A stretch of 64,000 nucleotides of DNA from the human T2T-CHM13v2.0 reference genome, Homo sapiens: NCBI RefSeq assembly GCF_009914755.1, contig NC_060944.1. One strand, given 5' to 3'. Both the position numbers and the translations under genes were made by a program. Positions 55,090 through 64,000 of the stretch are shown here, piece by piece. The notes under the pieces were generated by a model. The model had not been told where the DNA came from. It worked only from the letters and a program-made list of their open reading frames with translations, and did not search any database. How positions within the stretch are numbered: position 1 is the stretch's first letter; each line of letters opens with the position of its first letter.

Positions 55090-55583
55090 TGGACAGGTGG
55101 CAGAATACACCACCCCAAAATATGTCACTTTGGCAAAGGATTATTTTCGAGCTAATGACACTTGAAAAAGAGCAAATGCAAGAAGGGCATTCTGATCTCC
55201 CCTTTTCTTTCTGGAAACACGAGATAAAAACTCCCATGTGAAAGATGCCTTCCCTGTACCATTAGAAAGGAAACATTCTACAGTAGTAAGTCATAGCCAA
55301 GAGAATTCTGTACAAACAGGCCTTGTTAAAAGACTTCTTATCTTCCTTGAGCTTCCCCGCGTACTTTACTTTTCCACAATTATCTCTCTTTGTTCAACCT
55401 AATATAAAAGCATTTAGGTTTTGCCACTTCCTTGGGTCTTCATTTTCTTATGAAGGCTCCCGTGTCACGTAAAATTTATATGCAATTGTATACTTTCCTT
55501 CTGTCAGTGTCTTATGTCAATTTAATTCTCAGACCCAGCTTAAAACTCTACAAGAGAAGAGGTAAAATTTTGCTTTCCCTGCA
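55090..55583 (+). mobile_element. MER34-family ERV1 LTR
   Basis: cagaatacaccaccccaaaatatgtcactttggc...ggattatttt...tgaaggctcccgtgtcacgtaaaa. Confidence 0.8.
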
Positions 55584-55589
55584 ACTTAA

Positions 55590-56110
55590 AGATCTTCCTT
55601 ATTATTTAAAAAGGCTCTTAGTATTCTATTGATGGATATACCATAATTTATTGAACCAGTTCCTCAATGATAAACATCTTGGTTATATAAAAATATTTCA
55701 CTGCAATAAATAAGCTTGATCATGCATAAATTTGTGTAAAAATATCTGTAAGATAAATTCCTTTAAACAGAATCTCTGGGTAAAATGGTAAATACATTTG
55801 TAATTTTGATAGGTATTGCCAAATGACTCTTCATCGAGCTTGTACTAATTTAAATTCCCTACAGCAATATATAAGGGTGCCTATTACCTCATACTTTTGT
55901 CAACAGTGTATTAATAAACTTTTTATCTCTAGGATAACAAGTGATAAAAGTATCTCAATAAAGTTTTACTCATATTTCTTTCATTTTTAGAAAATAGCAT
56001 CTTTTTATATAAGTATTACCCGTATTTACTTTTCTGTGAGCCACATCTTTGCATACTGTTTCCATTTTTCTATTTATTTGTAGGGGACTTTTATATATTA
56101 AGTTAATCTT
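55590..56110 (-). mobile_element. Old L1 (L1MC/ME) fragment
   Basis: gatggatataccataatttatt...aattttgataggtattgccaaatg...cagcaatatataagggtgcctatt. Confidence 0.75.
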
Positions 56111-56215
56111 TTTTTATTTGAGATGGTCATCAGAATGGGCGTTAAATAGCTTTCAAAATGTATAGAAAGAAAAAGAAGCCCAACTATAAATATGTTCTAA
56201 AAGGAATAGAAATGT

Positions 56216-56250
<35 letters not shown>

Positions 56251-56374
56251 GAAAGAATTAGAAGGGATTAGGATAAGTGGGCTAAAAAGGAAGAAAGACA
56301 AAGTATTCCTGAGAGTTAAACATTGAAACCTGGAAGAGAGATATAACGATATCCTACAGAATAGGAAACAAGAG

Positions 56375-56790
56375 TATATATAAGTTAAGATAGGCTAAAC
56401 AGCTGTAACAAATATATCCAAAAATGCAACAAAGAAAATATAGTAGCAATTTATATCTTGCCCAGTAACTGTCTGGGGCAGGTGACTCTCTCAATGTGGA
56501 GATTTAAGGACACACATCCATCCCCTAGGGTCTTTGTTGTGGTTTGTATCCACTTGCGGAAAGAAAAGAAAGTATGGAGCAGGTACACCCACTTCTTAAA
56601 AGCATTGGCCTTCAAATGTTTTGCTTCACCTACACTTCTATTCCATTGGAAAGAAGTAGTCACTATTCTACACTTCACTGTGTGGGGAGCTGGGATAGAA
56701 AGAGCCTGGCTGGGCAGCCACTTGCAAGTGACTACTCTTTCTGTGGAAGTGGGGAACAATTTTCATGGACAGCTAGCCATCTCCAACACA
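56375..56790 (-). mobile_element. MLT1I/J MaLR LTR
   Basis: taagttaagataggctaaacagctgtaacaaa...ggctgggcagccactt...ggacagctagccatctccaacaca. Confidence 0.7.
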
Positions 56791-58133
56791 ACTGGCAAGA
56801 GACATAGAGAAATAGATTAGGTACTGAAGACTCAGAGAAATGAGACATATATAGTAAGCAGAAGCCCTTACCTGGCTTCACAGCCCAATATCTGAATGGT
56901 CAGATGCTTGTGGCCCACCCTGCTACTGGGAGCACCAGCAGAGCTGTCTGCTGTGTTCCCTATTTTCTCCTCAGTGTCTAGAACACTGGACCATAGCAGG
57001 TACTCAATAAATTACCTGTTGAATAAAGTTTTACACCAAGAGGAACCAAAGCTGAGGCTGAGGATGGCAAAGTGCACTGCCCTGCCCAAGACTTGCCCTG
57101 GCATTGAGGGTCACAAGGCTACTCATGGACTCAGGCCCCACCTTGCTATTCCAAGTCCCTCTTTAGTCTTGGCCTGGGATTTTCTTGTTTGACTTGGAGA
57201 CTTTCTCAGCATTTGAGCTCAGTCTCCATATTTCCACAGAAGTTCAAATTGTTTGTTATCAGTCCTCAAACTCCTAAAGACATCTCTCTAAAAGTCTTGG
57301 ATTTTAGTATGAGTAAATAATAATTTTGATTTTGTTTATTACTTTCCATTCCTCCAGTGACTCCTCCCAATTTCCTGTTCCTTCTCCTACCCCTAATCCT
57401 TAAAGAAAAATGTAAGGCTCAAACAGACATGAAATTGGAGAATTGTCATTCCTATCCCTTCCTCCAAATACTTTGGTCCCATTCAATAGCATCATAAACT
57501 AGGGTGAGTTTATCAGCAGCAATCAGGCTAAATCCAGTCCATTCATAACTACTTCAGCTTCATGACCTACAATTGTAAACTCAGATTCATAATATGTGTA
57601 ACAACTCCCCTAGGTGTTGTCACAGTCCTGGACATGACAGTGTATACCAATACCAAGGACACCAATGGAGGGTGCCTCTGTCTCATCAGATTTACCTCTG
57701 AATTTTTAATTTTTTAATTTAAAATGATATGGTTTTACACAGAGGAAGTCATCAAAGCTGTATGGAGCAACGCAAACCAAGCCAAGACATAGCTCGTTAT
57801 AGCAGAATCAACATAGGGATAATGATGCCAAGGTTTCTGCAGGAGTAGGAATGAACAGAGACATACTCTTGGCTTCTGCTTTAGCTCACTGTCATCTGGA
57901 TTTGGGGCACATAAAGCTCAGGGACCACTAAGCATCAGTGCTGACCAGGTGAATGCAGTGGGGAAAGGCCACCGGAAAGTGGAAGAGAGCAGCAGACATT
58001 TCAAAGCATGCCCTGTGTCCAGAAGAGTGTTGGGTTTCTGGTGTGTTATTACTGTATTTGACCACCAATACAAACCTGGGAGGCCTCTCTGCATTTCACA
58101 GGAGAGGCAGCTCTACAAAATATGGATGCAAAA

Positions 58134-58464
58134 CAGGTCCACAATCCTTTCTTAACATCCCTTCAAGCCATAGGACTTTAAATTGAGTTTCAGATTTGGA
58201 AAATGTAATGTGATCCAGTGACCCTAGATTATGTGATACCTCATCAGGGCCTGAGTGAAACTCCACTGTCATCTAAAAGGACTATTTCTGCAGCAAAACA
58301 TAGGAATATGCTCAATGAGAGGGATACATGGAGATTATTTAAAAACCTTACATCACTCCTGGTCAGGTTTTTCTTCCTAATGAGATTGTATCAAACTTGG
58401 GGGAAAAAATTCTGATTTCCAAGCATTCTTGGGCTTGGAATTATGAATTAAAATTATGGACCTT
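58134..58464. mobile_element. MER46C (TcMar-Tigger)
   Basis: Terminal inverted repeats caggtccacaat and attatggacct; internal tatttctgcagcaaaacatagg. Confidence 0.7.
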
Positions 58465-59544
58465 ATTTTTTCCTCTTCCTATGTCATCTCCTACCAGCCT
58501 TCCTTATTTCATTACTTTCTCCCTCTCTTCCTCCCCTCCATCCTGCAATCTTTCCCCTTTTAATTACTAGAGTATATTCTGTGAGATTATAATAGATTTT
58601 ATGTCTACCAACAATCACTTCCCCATCCTTCCCCATCTCAAACAAAGAAATCGAAAACAAAAAAAGATTCCATGACCAAATGATTTGAAAAAATTAGGGG
58701 ATAAAAGTATATCTCTACTGCAATAAGTATACAAAACTTCAGTATTATGAAATATTTTGTTAATTTCAAAAAAAAAAGAGAGGGACGATATATTTTTGAC
58801 CAGGGACAGCCATGGTGGACTTTTGAAGATGGTGCCCCTTTCTTCAATGACCCATGGAGTAAGTTTCCCTGTGTACTAGGGATAATCCCTTTTCCATGTT
58901 CAGAACTCCAGGCTTAATTGCATGTATTAGTTTTGGAGAATTTAGCTGAGACCTCTTAGGATTCCTTTTGCATTGCTGAAAACTGATACTTAGGTTTGTC
59001 CAGAAAGATCCCATATTTTAGGAATCTTTTACTGCTAACATTATAAATTTCTTTAAAATGTGTGATAAAGTAGGAGTTCTTCATTAAGGTAAAAACTGAA
59101 TTTTTCCACTTTTTTTTTTTTTTACATTTTATGCATTGCAAATGACTCAGTCATTTACAAAAATGGTATGTGGCATTTCCGAAAGAGATTTATCACCAGA
59201 TTTTGGGGAGACAAGATGTTCTAATAAGGATCTCAGTCGGAAATACAGAAAATACAGATTCATCCAGGGCTTTGAAATAATATGTTTAAATCAACAATAC
59301 TGAGGCTTTCTGTCAATTGTAAGGTCCTCATTTTTGGGATGGCAGCATTACATGTGAGAAACATAAACACAGACACACACACACACAGTCTAGGAAAACT
59401 TTTCATGAACATAAGTAAATCATCAAGAAGTGTGAAAAACAATGTGTTCTTGGCTTCCTTTTTAAATACAAAAATGGCTATAGAAATAAATATTGAACCC
59501 TCCATAGAAATTCCAAAAATATAATTTTCACCATGACCTAAATG

Positions 59545-59757
59545 GTGGCTCAGGATTCCCAGATGGCAAAAGTGGAAACCGTCAGATCTCTTAAGGCCTC
59601 CCTTCAGAACTTGCACACTTCACTTCTGCTGCATTTTATCAGTCAAAGAAAGTCTCCAAGGAAGCTGAAATGTCTGATGGGAGAATGGAAAATCACACGG
59701 CATCAGGGCATGTAGGAGGAGAGGAATTGTTCTGGACATATTTGCAAACAATCTACT
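59545..59757 (-). mobile_element. MLT1H fragment
   Basis: tcttaaggcct...cacttctgctgcattttatcagtcaaag...atttgcaaacaatctac. Confidence 0.6.
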
Positions 59758-60340
59758 GATAAGTCGAGCTTATGAAAATTATAAAGGCTTTTGACAAATA
59801 TAGTCCCTTAGAGAAAGGGCACCAGTGACATTCCTACAGGAGTGAGTCTATCTGTTCCATGCATTCTCTAGTGGTGTACCAGAAATATCTTTAAACTTTC
59901 ATCAGTTCAAGGCATTGCAACTGATAGCCCAGAAGTAACTTCATTTTAATTTTTATTTCCTGGTAAAGTTGAACATATATTGGCCTGTCCATTGGCCACT
60001 GAAATTTCTTTTCTTGTTAACTGTATGTTCATATCCTTTGTCTTTGTAAAAATTAAGGAATTTAAAAAAGTAATTTAGAAACGGGTTGTGTGTCCTCTTC
60101 ATTAATTTGAAAGAGCTCTTTACACATAAGGTAATTCTTTATCACATATGTTGCAAACTTTTTCCAGCTTGCACTTTACATTGTTTCTGAAGTAAACACC
60201 ATCTGCATCCTTTCCTGTCAACATCCCTACCTCATTCAGGCCCAGCTAATCTAGATTTTCCTATGCACTCAGTCCCGCAGGCACATCCTCAGTGCAGGTT
60301 CCTGGATGGATCAGTCACTCTGTGGTGTATCTAAAATGCT

Positions 60341-60870
60341 CGCTTATCCTGTATAATCCACCAATCCTTCTGTGGAGTACATATTCAAAAGAAAGGAAAT
60401 CGGTGTATCAAACAGTTATCTGCACTCCCATCTTTACTGCAGGACTATTCACAATAGCCAAAATGTGGAATCAACCTGAGTCCATCAACGAATGAACGGA
60501 TAAAGAAAATATGGTATAAACGTAGCGGAATATTTTCCAGCCATAAAATGAATGAAATCCTGTCATTTGCAACAACCTGGATGGAATTGGAGGCCATTAT
60601 GTTAAGTGAAATAAGCCAAGCCCAGAAAGACAAATATTGCACGTTCTCACTCACGTGTGGGAGCTAAAAAAGTGGATCTCACAAAGGCAGAGAATAGTTT
60701 GGTGGTTACCAGAGGTTGGGAAGGGAATGGGTGAGGTGGGAAAGGGAATGAAGGGAGAAAAAGAATATACATGCATTTATTACCCCTGAACTGCGCACTT
60801 TAAATTGGTAAACATGGTAAATTATATATACACTGGTCTGTATATTTTACCTCAACAAAATAAAATAAAA
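60341..60870 (+). mobile_element. 5'-truncated L1MA (MA4A/5A-like)
   Basis: ORF2-end and 3'UTR motifs aaatcctgtcatttgcaacaac, gttaagtgaaataagcca; TSD taaaatgct. Confidence 0.88.
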
Positions 60871-61372
60871 TGCTAGTTCAGGAAGCTCACTCAGGGGATT
60901 GGACTGGGGGACTTGGCTCACCATGGGCTGCGTTGCTGGAATTCAGTGTTCTCACCAATCATGTTGGATACTTTTATAGCTTAGACTGGATCTGGGAGAA
61001 GGAGTAGCAGGCAGGCTTAGGGTGTCTCAGCAGGATTAACACAGCAATCTGGATTCTTCATGATCCAGTGGGGAACCGAGTTGAGCTGGTTGTCAAGGCC
61101 CTGGGATGATGCTGTTCCTGTTTTCATTCATGCTTGAGCTGTACCTGGAGACCATCGGCTTCCCCCTCCCAGGCTCAGAGCCTGCCTAGCACCTCAGAGG
61201 AGCCTTGTTCACTGGCCTACAGAGAAGTCATACCTCTTAGAACCTTTTTAGGCTTGGAGTGGATCGAGCAGTGGCTTGAGGAGTCTGGAAGCTCTGAATT
61301 ACAAATTAGGCCTCTGTGATGCGTTTTTGATGGTGAGGCTACAGTACTCAGTTAGTATCAAATGCTAACCTT

Positions 61373-61939
61373 TGTGGATTAGTGTTCTCCAGATTGACAG
61401 AACCAATAAGAGACAGACAGACAGGTGGATAGACAGATAAAGATATGTGAGGGGGAGATTCATTAGGTGAGTTGGCTCCCACAATTATGGAAACCAAGCA
61501 ATCCCACAACAGGGCCATCTGCAAGCTGAAGACCCTGGGATGCGGGTAAAATGGCTCAGTCCAAGTCCAAAAGCCTCAGAACCAGGGAAGCCAATGGTGG
61601 AACCCTCAGTTGGAGGCCAAAGGCCTGAGAACCTGGGGGCCACTGGTGCAAATCCTGAGGTGCCAAGACCAGAGAGCCTGGAGTTCTGATGTCCAAGGGC
61701 AGGAGAGGAGAGTGTCCCAGTTGCAGGAGAGGGAGAAACTCCTTTTCTCTCCTTTTTTTTGTTCTTTTTGGGTCCCCAGATGATTGGATGGTGCCCACCC
61801 ACACCGAAGGCCCATCTCCCCAACTCAGTCCACTGACACCCATGCAACTGCTCTGGAAACCCTCACAGACACAGTGCTTTACCCGTTCTCTAGGTGTTCT
61901 TTAACCCAGTCAAGTTGACACTTCAATTTAAGCATTACA
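61373..61939 (-). mobile_element. MLT2B-type LTR
   Basis: gttctccaga..gacagaaccaata...ctcagtccaagtccaaaagcctcagaaccagggaagcc...cagtcaagttgacac. Confidence 0.85.
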
Positions 61940-62073
61940 CTCAGTGTTGCTGTGAAGGCATCTTTCTGATGTAATTAAAACTTACTTGAGTCATCAGTTG
62001 ATGCTACGGGAAATCGTCCTGGAAATTTAGGTGGGCCTGGTTAAAGCCATTGGAAGGCCTTAAAAGGAAGACT

Positions 62074-62074
<1 letters not shown>

Positions 62075-62125
<51 letters not shown>

Positions 62126-62146
62126 ATAGAGAGAGAGAGAGAGAGA
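62075..62146. repeat. Compound (TG)n(AG)n microsatellite
   Basis: About 24 TG units followed by about 11 AG units. Confidence 0.95.
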
Positions 62147-63378
62147 ATTCTACCTATGGATGACAGCTTTGGGGTCTATGCATGTGGAGTTCTATTCATG
62201 CCCCACACTCTTGCCTTCCTTAATGCTGCCTGATGGATACTGGATCTTATATGGATATCAAACTTGCTTAGCCAGCCCACAATTGCACAAGCCAATTCCT
62301 TGTAAATAATAAATTATATATATATATATATTTATCCTCTGTGGGAGAAGGTCTTAGGTCTCTGAAACCTCAATTGGCCAGGATGCCTTTGTCAGTGGTG
62401 TTCTTGGGGACTCTGTGGGCCTGGATTTTGAAATCTGTCCCTGGGTGGGGCAGTGGAGGGAAAGAATAGAAAGGAGAGAGGGTCTGGGCCCAACCTAAGC
62501 CTGCAAGCCTTCTGATAGACTGAAGGAAGGAGGAAAGGGACAGGCTGACTCACCTCAGTCTTTATTTGATGGTGGATCATATAGGAGGCATCACCAAGTG
62601 TCAGGAGTTGAACTTGAGCAGTGGGAAGAACTGGCTCTAAGGCACTCCAGTGCTTATCTTCCCTCTCCCACATCTGTTTGGTTGTTTGCAAACCTAGGCC
62701 ATCTCTCGTCCCCTACACCTCTGGCTCAGAATCCCCTCTCTGGGCCTCTGCCAAACCACATCCTCGTCTCCCTCCAAAATCCGATTTCATGCCCCAGTGT
62801 GCCATGACGGTCCCCCAGGTTGGGACCATCTGGCTGCAGTGTGCAGTTTCCAGACTTCCTAGAAACCCGCTGTCTCTCTTCTTCCATGTCCCACAGACGT
62901 GCACATGCATCCAGCACATCTGGAGTGTCTGGGAGCCTCCAGTTATAAATCTCCACTTTACCATTTGTTTGGGCCTTTCACTAGAGCAAGAAATAACAAT
63001 GCATTTAGGAGCCGGGAAGCAACTCTCCACCTTTGGGGCTGGGGGTAACTCTTCTAGTCTGTTCAAGCTGAAGCAAGTCACCAACATCTTGACTTTCCCT
63101 TTTCTTTTACATATAGATTGGCCATAAATTTAGGCTAGCTTACAGTTTTAGAATGTGGTGAGCTATGAAATCACATTTGATGCCCGTCCCATGAAATCCT
63201 GTTGATTCTGCCTCTGCAGACACCCACCCTTTCTTTCCATCCCCAAGAAGCTGCCGAGCTGAGATTCCTGCCACCTTTGCCCCTTACTTTTCTCACCCCG
63301 TTCACTGAGGGCCCTCAAGTCTGTTTCTAAGCAGCAGCCTGAGGGATCCATTTTTATAATCTGAAATCAGATATCATA

Positions 63379-64000
63379 CCCACACCCCAAAACACACACA
63401 CTCCTTCCCCATCCCAAAGAGACACACCCCTTCCCCATCCCAAAGAGACACACCCCTTCCCCATCCCAAAGAGACACACCCCTTCCCCATCCCAAACACA
63501 CACACCCCTTCCCCATCCCAAACACACACACCCCTTCCCCATCCCAAACACACACACCCCTTTCCCATCCCAAACACACACACCCATTGCCCATCCTAAA
63601 CACACACACACCTTCCCTTCGCAAACACACACACCCCTTCCCCATCACAAACACACACACCCTTTCCCTATCCCATGCACACACACCTTCCACTTCCCAA
63701 ACACACACACCTCTTCCCCATCCCAAACACACACAACCCTTCCCCATCCCAAACACACCCACCCTTTCCTGCATCCCAAACACACACACCCCTTCCCCAT
63801 CCCAAACACACACCCCATCCCCAATTCCAAACACACACACCCCTTCCCCATCCCAAACACACACACCCCTTCCACATCAGAAACACACACACCCCTTCTC
63901 ATCCCAAACACAAACACACCCATTCCCCATCACAAACACACGCACCCCTTCCCCATCCCAAACACACACACCCCTTCCCCAATCTAAACACACACACCCC
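63379..64000. repeat. 26-bp minisatellite CCCCTTCCCCATCCCAAACACACACA, over 20 units, truncated by the window edge
   Basis: Direct inspection; variant units with AAAGAGACACA. Confidence 0.95.

Larger units (their letters stand above)
61315..62380 (+). mobile_element. Old MLT2 (D/E/F-like) LTR split by a nested MLT2B
   Basis: ggctacagtactcagtt..tcaaatgctaa resumes as gtgttgctgtgaagg; gccagcccacaattgcacaagccaattcct. Confidence 0.65.

Noticed and set aside
62621-63127. 168-aa and 124-aa overlapping ORFs
   Set aside because: No recognisable homology; the 168-aa ORF starts at GTG; no splice or codon evidence.
63354-63923. Cys/Val/Gly-rich repetitive ORFs
   Set aside because: Translation artefacts of the 26-bp minisatellite.

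Overview
Human non-coding DNA. The human-specific AluYa5 and SVA_F1 elements fix the species; I could not identify the locus. I found no credible protein-coding exon, and the ORF-track entries come from Alu, SVA, LTR or simple repeats or are unremarkable chance ORFs. The window is a dense mosaic of about 20 Alus, many MaLR/ERVL/ERV1 LTRs (including one LTR-internal-LTR MLT1 provirus), old L1/L2/L3/MIR fragments, DNA-transposon fossils and a 26-bp VNTR that runs off the right end. Repeat-free islands in between look like conserved enhancers. Most notable: (1) a 5'-truncated SVA_F1 (31923-33738, minus strand) carrying spliced MAST2 exon-1 sequence, with a 16-bp TSD and an adjacent promoter-like motif cluster; (2) a near-consensus AluYa5; (3) a 142-bp locally templated insertion inside an MLT1 LTR; (4) an ungapped ~100-bp diverged direct repeat with a codon-like mismatch pattern and a conserved octamer; (5) a MER41 with two intact GAS sites; (6) three DUX4-type motifs; (7) a twin-priming inversion in an old L1MA. 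Repeat subfamily names come from recalled consensus sequences, not a RepeatMasker run, and boundaries of old elements are approximate. I see no evidence of a wholly new biological system.
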